Source of the DNA: an uncultured Armatimonadetes bacterium | GTDB lineage: Bacteria > Armatimonadota > Hebobacteria > Hebobacterales > Hebobacteraceae | Length of the DNA: 64,000 bases | Direction of reading: 5' to 3' | NCBI GenBank assembly: GCA_963716175.1 | Contig: OY970296.1 | Location: 2,784,001-2,848,000, forward strand | Shown here: positions 19,363-30,011 of the stretch, one piece after another | Layout: each line of letters starts with the position of its first letter | Numbering within the stretch: the first letter of the stretch is position 1 | Translations under genes and position numbers: made by a program | The notes under the pieces: model-generated | Database searches by the model: none | What the model was told of the DNA's origin: nothing | Seen by the model: only the letters and a program-made list of their open reading frames with translations

Positions 19363-19643
19363 TGATGCTGCGTGATGGGGACGAAGAGGAATGAGAATAC
19401 GATGCATCCGGTTGTGGTGGTCATCTTGCCCTGAGACCGTTGCACCCTTGCTCTGAACATATCTCCTGGTGTAGTGTGGGCACTCCATTGCGCCGGAGGA
19501 TGAACCCACGTGTGGTGGCCAGACTGCGACGGGGCTGTTCACAGTGGAGCGGCAAGATGCTGTCGCCCCAGGGCTTCTGGCCCGTTCTGACGGTGCAGAT
19601 CAGTTTCGGAACACTGCCTGCACATCCTTGCGCTCTGACCCCC

Positions 19644-19955
19644 TCAGAGCAACTCCCGCGCCGGAAGGCTGAACACCTTCAGGCCCAGAGTGTGTTGCTG
19701 CCGGCTGCTATGCAGCGCCGTCAGCGTCTCCAGTACGGGCCCGACCTGCACTTGGTGAACGCACGCGTAGATCATGGTGCAGTCCCCTGGCCAGACCGGT
19801 GTCCCTTCGTGCCGTCCGGTCTCGCCGCACCCGGTGACCCCCCGGTGGATCGTATAGCGGTCCACGCCCGCAGCCTGGATGCGTCGGAGCACTTCATTGC
19901 ACGTTCCGCTCTCGCAGATGATGATCAGGAACTCCCTGTCTCTATCCTCTGGCAT
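19644..19955 (-). CDS. P-II-superfamily (PG0541-like) protein
   Basis: RYTIHRGVTGCGETGRHEGTPVWPG motif. Confidence 0.75.
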   Translation of the reverse strand: MPEDRDREFLIIICESGTCNEVLRRIQAAGVDRYTIHRGVTGCGETGRHEGTPVWPGDCTMIYACVHQVQVGPVLETLTALHSSRQQHTLGLKVFSLPARELL

Positions 19956-20191
19956 CTTCTCTCGCCTCCCTGGCGTCGGCGCTGCCGGCCAGCCGCTCTT
20001 TCCCAGACTGAAGCGCGAGCCGCCAAGCAATGCGACGCTCAGTGGCCGTACCGTCTGAAGTGCCCAAGAGCCGCTGAGACCGTGCTTCTGGGCCCCCAGC
20101 ATTCGTCTCGGCGATTCTGCGGCAGGAACGCGGCCGCTTTCGACTCCGGATCACAGCATGAAGAGCGACGTGCCCTTCGGCCCCCGCCGGC

Positions 20192-20431
20192 CTAAGCGGG
20201 CGGGGGATTGGCGGGCGCGTAGCTGCGGCAATAGGTGCTTGCGGATGCGTAGGTCGGGTAGTGAGATTCGCCCGGCGCGATGGGCCGGTTGACGGCTTTG
20301 CAGAGCGAGACCCTAACGTCGTAATGGGCGCAGTCCGTGCAACGCCGCAGCACCGTCCGACAGCTGGAGCAGGTGGCAGTCTTCTCGTCCGCGCTCTGCA
20401 CCTCTTTGCACTTCGGGCAGGTGATCCTCAT
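20192..20431 (-). CDS. Small multi-CxxC zinc-binding protein
   Basis: CPKC, CSSC, CTDC plus two further Cys; RBS GAGGTG. Confidence 0.7.
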   Translation of the reverse strand: MRITCPKCKEVQSADEKTATCSSCRTVLRRCTDCAHYDVRVSLCKAVNRPIAPGESHYPTYASASTYCRSYAPANPPPA

Positions 20432-20850
20432 CTGCTCTCACCTCTCTCTCATCGCATGGGCTGGTTACATCGAATCGGCACTGTCATTCTCCCAGGCCTT
20501 AAGCAGAGACTCGGTCCTTACCATGCCATGCCAGCAGTCCAGGAAGGCGGGTTCCCGCAGCCGAGCGACGAGTGTGCCAGTACCTCGCTATTGAGCCGCC
20601 CAGAGGCGACTCCGTTGCTGACGAGCCTTGGGGGACGGCGGCCACCGTGGCGGCAGGAAAGGCCACATGGGCCACGAGCCGGATGAGAAGACGAAACCAA
20701 CGCAAGAGATCATGGGGCCGACGGGACTGAAGAAGGTCGACGCGTCTCTGACCCGGCTGCCGTGCAGGTCTCATGCCACGTCTCCAAGGATCGGCTGGCC
20801 TGCTCAGCGGGGTGACTCAGAGGTACCACAGAACGACGTGCATCCGCCCT

Positions 20851-21002
20851 TAGTGTACCAGAAATAGGCCGTGGCACAAGCGGCATTCCCTGGTGTAGCG
20901 TCGGCTTCGGTTCCGCACTAGGGTGAGCCCGCGTGCGGGTGTCGAGCGCGCGTGAGACCGCTTTGAGGGCACTCTGGGGCACGGATGAGTTTCTGGACAC
21001 CA
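20851..21002. mobile_element. MITE-like mini element
   Basis: Inverted ends TAGTGTACCAGAAAT and (reverse complement) TGGTGTCCAGAAACT. The same terminus motif recurs at 6040, 9190, 10460 and 14132. Confidence 0.45.
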
Positions 21003-21190
21003 CGCGTTTTCATAGATGCCGTTCCGGGCCCATCAGAACAGGGGCGGAACAGTCCTGTGGCGCTCGGTCCGTGTCAGGCGGGCCAGCATAGGCTGGCGCT
21101 GGCAGATCGGCGACTCCTCGGCTGGAGGAGCCTGTCCCTGGGGTGAGTGCTGAGCATGGGCTGGCAACTGCGCCCGCGGCCTGATTCCTG

Positions 21191-21526
21191 AACTGGCCCC
21201 AGGGGCCTCGCGCCAGGCGGTAGGGGCCTGGGCAAGCGAATCGGGCTTGACAGGCGCGGGTGCAGGTAGTAGCGTGAGTCTGGCCTGATGCAGGCAGGTT
21301 GGCGGCCCATGGGTGAGTCGGCGGCCTTGCTGGTTGTGTTTGCGAGGGCCTCTTTGGCAGAAGAAGGCGCGCGTGAGCGCGCCTTTTTGCATGGCCGGAC
21401 GAAATCGGATCTGCTCAAGAGACATAGCGATGAGCGGGGAGGAGGTGTAGCAGGGAGAGGAGAGGATTGGCCTTGATCGTCTGACCTGGCTGGGAAGGTA
21501 CGAGACCTTTTGCAGGGAGGAGTGTG
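21191..21526 (+). promoter_or_regulatory. Conserved promoter + leader with internal terminator (copy 1)
   Basis: TTGACA(21247)-17-TAGCGT and terminator AAGGCGCGC-GTGA-GCGCGCCTTTTT (21364-21388). About 15 mismatches in 336 nt versus 29676-30011. Confidence 0.8.
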
Positions 21527-22558
21527 ATGACAGGAAGAGGGAGAGGATTCACGCTGATCGAGTTGCTGGTCGTGATCGCGATCATTGCGATCCTCGCAGC
21601 CATGCTGTTCCCAGTGTTTGCGCGAGCGCGCGAGTCGGCTCGCAAGATCCAGTGCTTATCGAACGTGAAGAACATCGCCATGGCGTTCCAGATGTACCTC
21701 ACCGACTTCGAGCGGCTGCCGCCCAGTGAGCACAGTGCCGAGGCTAGAGCGTGGGTCGACGACTATTGCAGCCCAGACTGTGACCAGGCTTTGCTGTGCC
21801 GCATGACCGCGGCAAACCCTTATCTGCGGATGCCGGTGATCCTGGACGAGTACGTCAAGAACCGCGACGTATGGCGGTGCTCGAGCGCGAAGTTTGTGAA
21901 CAGCACAATCGCTATCAATACCGGCATGCCTACTTGGATGGCGTACTTCGCCAGGGGCATGGCCGACGACATGTGCCCCAGGCCCAGGCCGTGCACGAAT
22001 GTGTTCCCCCCTGGATGGGGTGGTCTCGCCACCGACACCCTCGCGCAGGGCTGGGACAACGGCTGTGGACTCGGCAGCGGGGCCTTTGACCAGAGCCTCG
22101 CCACTCCGTACTACGACCGCGACCTGAAGATGAATCAGATCGATGACGTGACGAAGCGGGTGGTCGTCGGGGACGGAGGCGTGGACCTCGAACCCTGGCG
22201 CACCTCCGGGTTCGCCTATCCCGATTACTCTCGATTTGATCAGCTCCTCCCCGCCTGCGGCAGCAGCGGCAACTGCTCGACTGACCCGTCCTGTGGCAAC
22301 GCCGCGGTGGCCGCGACCTGTAGCCCCCTGAGCCTGTGTTTTGACGGCGATGGAAAATTCGGATGGGATGCAAACTACAGACAGACCTTTGCCCGCCACA
22401 TGGGCGGCTCCAACCTCGGCTTCGCCGATGGCCACGCCGGGTGGTTCCCCGCTGAGAAGATCCTCTTCGGCGGCTGGAACAACTCGGGCTATGCCACGGT
22501 GCCGTTGGTGTTCGAGGGTTTGGAGTGCTGCTTCTTCCCGACCGACCAGCCCAGATAA
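21527..22558 (+). CDS. Prepilin-type N-methylation / DUF1559 / H-X9-DG protein
   Basis: [23 protein letters not shown] and [14 protein letters not shown] motifs. Confidence 0.95.
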   Translation: MTGRGRGFTLIELLVVIAIIAILAAMLFPVFARARESARKIQCLSNVKNIAMAFQMYLTDFERLPPSEHSAEARAWVDDYCSPDCDQALLCRMTAANPYLRMPVILDEYVKNRDVWRCSSAKFVNSTIAINTGMPTWMAYFARGMADDMCPRPRPCTNVFPPGWGGLATDTLAQGWDNGCGLGSGAFDQSLATPYYDRDLKMNQIDDVTKRVVVGDGGVDLEPWRTSGFAYPDYSRFDQLLPACGSSGNCSTDPSCGNAAVAATCSPLSLCFDGDGKFGWDANYRQTFARHMGGSNLGFADGHAGWFPAEKILFGGWNNSGYATVPLVFEGLECCFFPTDQPR

Positions 22559-22566
22559 CATTCGCG

Positions 22567-22592
22567 GTCGGAGCGCCCCCGGGCGCTCCGAC
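22567..22592 (+). terminator. Hairpin after prepilin gene
   Basis: GTCGGAGCGCCC / GGGCGCTCCGAC inverted repeat. Confidence 0.5.
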
Positions 22593-22879
22593 GTGATGAA
22601 GGACCCTGCCGTGGAGACGCACTACCCATCAGTGCGCCGTGCCCGCCTTTGCCAAGGCGGGTAAGCTTGTCGGCCGGGGATGGACATGAGCAAAGCTGCG
22701 GGTGTCAAATGGCGATGGGACATCCCTGAGCGGCTTCTGGGCTTGCGTGGTAGGCGGGGTCGGTCTATGGTGTGGGACCTTTCAGCACCTCTTCGGGCGG
22801 AACGGACGGCGCTGTGCCGCTACGCGTCGGGCTGCTACTTCCCGCTTGTCGCGATAGGACAGCCGTTTCTCGCGTCATA

Positions 22880-23010
22880 ACATTGGTTCGCGCGCGGCGA
22901 GTCTCAGTGTCGGACAGGCACGCAGCCAGCTCATCCTCCCATACGGCGAAAGCGTTCTTTGGGCCGACTACCAGAAGGCGTGTACTGCGGATGGGCTGCC
23001 CTACGGTCTT
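22880..23010 (-). pseudogene. SNF2-like helicase fragment
   Basis: LLVVGPKNAFAVWEDE resembles SNF2 motif Ia. Confidence 0.4.
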
Positions 23011-23819
23011 CAGCACTCGGAGTCGAATGCCCGAAATATCTGTAGGCGTTCGCCAAGCTCACGTATCTCTTGGTCGAGCTGGATATCGAAGGCACTGCCA
23101 ATCGTCCCAAGATGCACGAGCAGGAGGGCACACGCGGTTCCCACGGCGCGGAATGCAGCTTGCCAACTCGGTCCAAACCACACGGCAACCGGCGCGGTGT
23201 CAGTCGGCGACGCCTTGACCAGGTAACGCGCTAGTGCTATGGGAGCTGCATGAACGCCTGGGCAGAGCTTCCGATAGACACCGTACCAGATGTCCGCCTC
23301 AAGCTCGGACAGTTTCACACGCTCCTCCATCTTGATATCTCTCCAGTACCTACGCTTGCCCCTATGCTTGCCACGCTGCTGCCATGCGAGGGGGTCATCC
23401 GGAGTGGGCACGCCCACAATGTCGGTCGGCCGTAGTGGCAGTTCCCCACGACCCTGTTTCTTCTCTTCGGGCATGTCTATCTGCCGCTCGATCTCTTCGA
23501 TGTAAAGGTATAACGCCGTGCGGTTGTTCCTGACTGCACGCGCGTTCACAACCGCCTCCATCATTTGACGCAATAGGACATCCGCCTCCAAACCCCATCC
23601 CTCGCGGCAAAGAACAACCGCCCCCTCGAAGGAGCCATGGATCACTGAAGTCAAGTTCTGCAGAATCACACCGAGGATTGCATCCATGCTTCCGGGCGGG
23701 AACTGCTGCGGCATGGCATCGATGGCAAAGCGCAGCACGGCGCGGGATTCAGTCGCGACCGCGAGCGCGCTGTCGATCTCCGCCGAGTCTCTTGCTTCGT
23801 CAGGAGCATTCTGCGACAT
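23010..23819 (-). CDS. DUF5677-like protein
   Basis: A.VLLRQMME and YRKLCPGVH motifs. Confidence 0.65.
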   Translation of the reverse strand: MSQNAPDEARDSAEIDSALAVATESRAVLRFAIDAMPQQFPPGSMDAILGVILQNLTSVIHGSFEGAVVLCREGWGLEADVLLRQMMEAVVNARAVRNNRTALYLYIEEIERQIDMPEEKKQGRGELPLRPTDIVGVPTPDDPLAWQQRGKHRGKRRYWRDIKMEERVKLSELEADIWYGVYRKLCPGVHAAPIALARYLVKASPTDTAPVAVWFGPSWQAAFRAVGTACALLLVHLGTIGSAFDIQLDQEIRELGERLQIFRAFDSEC

Positions 23820-24802
23820 GCGAGTGCCCAGGTGAGTACCTGCATTCCGTGGAGCAAGAGCCTGCCCCTGCCAGCGCGCATCCCTGCGCCCTGCTGGCCT
23901 TCCGAGATCTCCAGCGCCAGAGCCAGGCGGCGCGATTCACCTGTCTTGACCTTCGCTCTCTGCGCCTCCCCCCGGGGCAGTCACAATCACCGCAGCCGCT
24001 TTCGGTTCCCTGCCGTCCTCACCGCGGAGCAGGATGCGGCTATCAAGTGCGCTTGGGACACAGGCGGGGGGACCAAGCCAACGCTCTCCATCTGATCGAC
24101 GGTGGCACAACACCGGGGATGGCCGGGACGGGAACGGCCCCGGCTCACAGGATTGCCAAGCAGACACACTCTCCACCGTAGACAGGCGCCCGAAGGCGCC
24201 GCCCAAAGGTCTCATATGGTAGAATGATCCTCGCCCGCGCACAAGCTCAGGAGCCCCTCAGGGGTGTCCCATCGCTACTTGACACCGACACGGTGGGCCG
24301 CGATCGCTCCTTCCGGGTACACGACGGCCCAGCGTCGATGGCGGCAGTATGACCGCCACTCCTGTGAACCAATGTCCTAAGCCAGGTCGGCCGTCCGAAA
24401 CAGCCTAGGACGTTCTCGGTCACTGGTTCTGCAGATCGTCCCGCAGCAGCTGAAGCGCGCGTGAGAAGACGCTACGGGTGATGTGCCAGACCCTGGGCCA
24501 CTCCCCAGGTCCGACTGGATATGGGAAGCCCAGACGCTTAAGCTCTGCGATTGCACGCGAGCCGCCCTCATCTGGTGGGTGCGTAGGTGGCAGATTGCGC
24601 AGATGCTGCACTCTCCGCATTGCGGCCACCGCCTCAGTGCCGTGCGAGTACCCCAGGTGCTGGACATAGGCCTCCAGAATACTGAGGGTGTGTCCGGCCT
24701 TGATGACATCAGCCACGTCGCTCGGCAGCTCCGCCCGCATCGCTCGCTCGTTGAGCTTCGCCATCAACTCCGCGATTCCCATCACTCGGCTGTGGTAGTC
24801 AG

Positions 24803-26256
24803 GATGGTGTCCCGTTCATAGTTGAAGGTTGAGGCGGCTCTCTCCAGCCCGGTTCTGATAGAATCGGGTAACCCAAAGCTTGAAAAGGAGAGAACCGCCG
24901 TGAGAAGAGAGTATCAGGTTGTGGGTCGCAAGGGTAGTGCCGCGCTGCGCCAGTTTCTGGCGAGGGAGGGGGCGGCGCTGGTGCCGATGATGGAACTGCT
25001 GGAGGCGGGGCAACTCGCCGTGGAAGAGCTAGTGGGGGAGATGGGAAAGGCGGCGCTGGAGGCGGTGCTGCTGATCTCAGCCGAAGAGGTGGCGGGGCCG
25101 GCGCATCCGGGCCGGCCGGGCGGGGTGATCCGGCGCCATGGCGAGCAAGGCGGGATAGTCGCGCTGGGGGGCCAGAAGGTGCGGGTGAGCAAGCCGCGGT
25201 TGCGCCGGAAGGGCGGCGGGGAGGGGGCTGAGGTGGCGGTGCCGGCTTATGCCGCGATGCAGTCCGATGAGAGGCTGCGGGAGCGGATGCTGTCGATTGT
25301 GATGCGAGGGGTGAGCACGCGCCATTACCAGGAGGTGGTGCCGGAGCTGGCGGAGCGCTGCGGGGTATCGCGCTCGGCGGTGAGCCGGCAGCTGCAAGAG
25401 GCGAGTGCGGAGGCGCTGCGGGAGCTGTGCGAGCGGCGCTTCGATGACCTTGACCTGTTGGTGATCTACCTGGACGGCAAGCACTTCGGGGGCCACCAGG
25501 TGGTGAGTGCCATCGGAGTGGACGCAGCGGGCTGCAAACACGTCCTGGGCCTCACCGAGGGGGCCACGGAGAACGCGGTGGTAGTGAAGGGACTGCTGGA
25601 GGAGCTGGTGGAGCGAGGGGTGCGCCCGGAGCGCAGACGGCTGTTGGTGATTGATGGCTCGAAGGCGTTGCGCAAGGCGATTGATGATGTCTTCGGCAAG
25701 CAGCATCCGGTGCAGCGCTGCCAGGCGCACAAGCGCCGGAACGTGCTGGGCTACCTGCCCAAAGAGATGCAGGGGCAGGTGGCGGCGGCGCTGCGGGCGG
25801 CGTGGAAGCTGGAGCCCAAGGAAGGGATGGCGCGGCTGCACACCCAGATCGAGTGGCTGGAGCGAACTCATCCCAAGGCCGCGGCCAGCCTGCGGGAGGG
25901 CTTGGAGGAGACCTTCACCATCGCCCGACTGGGGCTGTCGCCGATGCTGCGCACCTGCCTGACCACCACCAACATCATCGAGAGCTCGCTCTCGGGGGTG
26001 GAGGGTCGCACCGGCCGCGTCACCCGCTGGCGCTCGGGAGAGATGGCCTTGCGCTGGGCCGGGGCGGCCGCGCTGGAGACCGAGCGCAGCTTCCGCAAGA
26101 TCATGGGGCACAAGGGCCTCTGGATGCTGAAGGCCGTGCTGGACGAAGGCCAGTCGCTTAGCGACCGGTCGCAGATCTCAGTTGACGAGGGCCGTGTCGC
26201 GGCCTAAGATACGCGAGAGGGACCGCCCAACCTTACACTACGGGCGGGACATAATC
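24803..26256 (+). mobile_element. IS256-family element
   Basis: TIRs GATGGTGTCCCG.. / GATTATGTCCCG..; 9-bp TSD GGTAGTCAG at 24794-24802 and 26257-26265. Confidence 0.92.
24900..26207 (+). CDS. IS256 (Mutator) DDE transposase
   Basis: GVSTR, IYLDG, VIDGSKAL, QRCQAHK and TTNIIES motifs. Confidence 0.95.
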   Translation: MRREYQVVGRKGSAALRQFLAREGAALVPMMELLEAGQLAVEELVGEMGKAALEAVLLISAEEVAGPAHPGRPGGVIRRHGEQGGIVALGGQKVRVSKPRLRRKGGGEGAEVAVPAYAAMQSDERLRERMLSIVMRGVSTRHYQEVVPELAERCGVSRSAVSRQLQEASAEALRELCERRFDDLDLLVIYLDGKHFGGHQVVSAIGVDAAGCKHVLGLTEGATENAVVVKGLLEELVERGVRPERRRLLVIDGSKALRKAIDDVFGKQHPVQRCQAHKRRNVLGYLPKEMQGQVAAALRAAWKLEPKEGMARLHTQIEWLERTHPKAAASLREGLEETFTIARLGLSPMLRTCLTTTNIIESSLSGVEGRTGRVTRWRSGEMALRWAGAAALETERSFRKIMGHKGLWMLKAVLDEGQSLSDRSQISVDEGRVAA

Positions 26257-27184
26257 GGTAGTCAGCGCCGTCGGTGCAGTCCCCGCGCAGGCGTTTTAGA
26301 GGCCCAAATGAGACCAAGTCGAACAGCCTGAACCGGTGCACCCTCTCCCACTCGACGTTCAGCGCCGACAGCAGATCCTCCACATCGATGTCTCCCGTCG
26401 CCTGTCTCGACGTCGGGCTCTCGATCAGCTGGGGCTCAAAGCATATCGGAGCACCTGGTCCCGCGCGGCATCGGTAGGGAATGAGTGCACCCGGATCCTT
26501 TCCCAGTTCACAGAGGCCGCTACACTCACGCCGGTGAAGGCCTGCCTGGTCCGTCGCGATAGGGTGGGTCTTGAGGTGACGAACGTGAGCGCACCTCTCC
26601 CAAGGGTCAGGTACAGCGCATGTGCCGCAGACAGCCAGGGTCGTCTCGGGCGTCCCCTTCGAGTCCAACGGGCAGATGAGATCGCCATTGGACTGCTTGC
26701 GGAAATCACATGTTCGCGGTAGGCACCCGACGAGCAGCTCTCCCTTATCGGAGGTGATCATGCAATCGCTGTCTGAGACGGAGCCGGAGTCGAGTTCGAG
26801 TATTGTCTGCTTCACAGCGTATTGTCGAAGCGCGCGGGACCACTTCACACTAAGTGTCTCATCCTCAGGCTGTGACCCAGCCTTCAGGCTCTCACCCAGT
26901 TCCCAACTAGTCAGGAACCACTTCGTGGCCAACCCCTGGGAAGCTGCCGGTGAACTTACTTCCAGGACGAAGCTGAGCCAGAGAAGTTTCCGTAGATGTC
27001 GCGGCTGATCGACCTGGCCTCGAACGGAGTACTCGCGGCCGTCTGCCGTCAGGTATCTGAACTCAACTGCACAGGAAAGGCTCGCCGGATTCATATCGCC
27101 CTAAGCTAGGCTTCTGTTCTGGTGATGTCAGTTCGTTAGGTCACGGTCGCCTCCTTCCCTCATCACTGGGATCACGGCTGTCAG

Positions 27185-28271
27185 TGTCGGCCGCCGGGCT
27201 AGACTGTACCACGCGTAGTCGCCCCATGTGTACCACCTGATCGCCGGGGGTGGGTACCACCTCACAGTCGGGGGGTGGGTACCACCCCGCCGGCGCCAGC
27301 TGGGTCGTTGCCACAAGGCATTCCCTCCTGACCGATTCCTCGGTCGGGAGGAGATATGGAGCGACTCAGCGTGCATCTCATCGTGGACATCCCACGGCCG
27401 GCTCCGAAGGAACGGCCGGAGCCGGTATGTATCGGTTGCGCGCCGGCCAGTCGGTGCGCGCCATCTGTCGGGACCTGAGACATTCGCGTCGTACGGTCCG
27501 CCGCTACCGGAAGCTGGCGGCGGCGAAAGGCTATCTGGACCCTTCCCGGCCCTTGCCGGAGGCCGCGGAGGTGCTCGCTGGCCTGGGGCCGGTCTGCTCG
27601 CCGCCGAGCAGTAATGTCTCGAGTGTGGAGCCCTATCGAGAGGTGGTGCAGAGCCTGCTGGATCAGGGGATCGAGATGGTGGCGATCCACCAGCGGTTAG
27701 TGCGCCACCACGGCTACTGCGGCTCGTACAGCTCGGTGCGCGGCTTCGTGCATCACCTCCGGCCCCGCGGCAAGGAGGCGGTGGTGCGCCTGGAGATGCC
27801 CCCAGGCCAGTGCGCCCAGGTGGACTTCGGGGGCGCGGGCAAGCTGCGAGACCCCGCCACGGGGCGGCTGCGGCAAGCCTACTGCTTCGTGATGACGCTG
27901 TGCTACTCCCGGCACCAGTACGTGGAGTTCGTCTTCGATCAGAGGATGGAGACCTGGATCGGCTGCCATCAGCGCGCCTTCGAGAGTTTCGGAGGCGTGC
28001 CCAGGGAGCTGGTCATCGACAATGCGCCGGAGGCGCACAAGTCTCAAGGCCGCGGTGCTGCGGGCGGCGCTGGAGGACCAGAAGCTGGCCGAGCCCTACC
28101 GGAAGCTGGCTCAGCACTACGGCCTCCTGGTGCACCCCTGCCGCCCGCGCTCGCCCCAGCACAAGGGGATCGCGGAGAATGGCGTGCATTACGTGCAGCG
28201 GAATCTGCTCGCCACGGAGCAGCCCGGGGATCTCGCCGAAGCGAATCGCGCCGCGCGCAGCTGGGTCATGG
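27185..28271 (+). mobile_element. Truncated IS21-family element (istA pseudogene)
   Basis: TGTCGGCCGCC end with four GTACCAC boxes. IstA motifs PG..AQVDFG, L.YSR, DN..LKAAV and P.HKG.AE. Frameshifted and cut by an rve element. Confidence 0.85.
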
Positions 28272-29676
28272 TGCCTGTGTCGGGGCCCTATAATACCGCC
28301 ACGACAGGGGTTTCCTCAAGTGCCCATGCCGTAGCCTTTCCTCAGGCAGCTAGCTCATAGACGGTGATCCGCTGCTCAGGGAAGTGCCGCAGCCGGATCG
28401 GGTGCCGTAGCGTTTTCGCCGAGCGGTCGGGCTTCTGCCAGTTGCCTGCTTCGTAGATCATCGAAGGAGTCGCACCGCCCAACCGCCGATGGCATCGGTG
28501 TTGGTTGTAGTACACCTCGAAGTCCATCAGCAGTTCGCCCAGGTGATCCAATCCCCGGATGAGGGGCACCCGCGCCAGCCACTCCCGCTTGAGGGTCCAG
28601 ATGAGACGTTCCGTCACCGCGATAGAACCATGCTTGCCCACTGCGCCGAGGCGGTGCTTGATGTCCCAGTCCCGGAGCAGCTTGGCGAATCCCTCGGCTG
28701 TGAAGATGCCCTCCTGGTCGCTGACCAGATGCTTAGGGGGCCCGTGGTGCAGGAAGGCCTCTTCCAGCACCTCAACCACCCAGCTGGCATTGGAACCTTC
28801 AAGCGGGACGACGGCCATCACCGCCCGGGAGAAGTGATCAATGGCTACCAATACCCAGGTGGGCCAGACCCCCCAGAGCCACACCCGGGTGCGGTCCACC
28901 GACCATACGTGGTTGGGATAGCGGGCGATGGTCTGCCTGGGCTCTCCAGGTTCCTTCGCCTGGGCCGGCGTTGGAGTCGAGGCCTCGGGCCTGGGACGGA
29001 GGAGGATGTCCCGAACAGTGGTCGCCGAGATGAACACTCCCAGCGCCCACAGCGTCATCGCCGTCCGATGCCGGCCCCACATGGGGTTGCGCGTGAAGAT
29101 GTCCCAGATGAGCTCTGCGATCTCCCTGGGCGTCTTGGTGACGGGTTCGGCAGCCCTAATGCGACCTCCAACCTTGCCTTCTTGGAATGCCTTGAGCCAG
29201 CGCTGAACGCTTGAGGGCGCTACCCCGAAGGTCTCCTTCACCCTCCGCTTCGGGATCTGGTAATACTCGATCAGCCAGAGCAGGCGCAGCCGGTCCACAA
29301 GAGGATAGGGCCGTCGGGGCCTTTCTTCCCCCAGCCGCTTCGCCATTGCCTCCAGACGTGCATCCCGAAACGCCACCGCATCCTCCAGCACCATCACGCG
29401 TGCCTCCAGCTGTGCCACTCGTCCCGCCTCCCCGCGGGCGCAGGCCCGTTCCAGGCTGAGACCTCTACTGCGGGCCGCCCACCGGGCGCTTACCACCAGA
29501 GCACGCACGATCAACGACACCGACGCCTCATAGATCTCCGCCGAGCTGACTCCCACAGAAAGAGAGAACGGCGCCCGAAGGCGCCGCCCACCGGTCCCAG
29601 ATCATACTGGAAGGAAGTCAACCGAGACAAGCCCGAGACGCTCTCAGGGCGGTCCTAAGGGCCGCCAACACCCGCA
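28272..29676 (-). mobile_element. rve/integrase-core (IS481/IS3-like) element, copy 1
   Basis: ORF 28342-29556 with HTH, WSVDRT, IDHFSR, SDQE and TERL motifs. Ends TGCCTGTGTCG / TGCGGGTGTTG. Confidence 0.85.
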
Positions 29677-30011
29677 ACTGGCCCCAGGGTCCTCGCGCCA
29701 GGCGGTAGGGGCTTGGGCAAGCGGATTGGTCTTGACAGGCGCGGGTGCAGATAGTAGCGTGAGTCTGGCCTGATGCAGGCAGGTTGGCGGCCCATGGGTG
29801 AGTCGGTGGCCTCGCTGGTTGTGTTTGCCAGGGCCTCTTTGGCAGAAGAAGGCGCGCGTGAGCGCGCCTTTTTGCATGGCCGGACGAAACCGCATCTGCT
29901 CAAGAGACATAGCGATGAGCCGGGAGGAGGTGTAGCAGGGAGAGGAGAGGATTGGCCTTAATCGTCTGACCTGGCCGGGAAGGTACGAGACCCTTTGCAG
30001 GGAGGAGTGTG
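29676..30011 (+). promoter_or_regulatory. Conserved promoter + leader with internal terminator (copy 2)
   Basis: TTGACA at 29732 and terminator at 29849-29873; near-identical to 21191-21526. Confidence 0.8.

Larger units (their letters stand above)
24420..27094 (-). pseudogene. Cys-rich hypothetical gene interrupted by IS256
   Basis: Removing the IS and one TSD joins ...DCTDGADY|HSRVMGIAEL... in frame. Confidence 0.8.

Noticed and set aside
21288-21476. 62-aa ORF within the conserved leader (also 29773-29961) as a leader peptide
   Set aside because: No RBS, it runs through the terminator, and its conservation follows simply from DNA identity.
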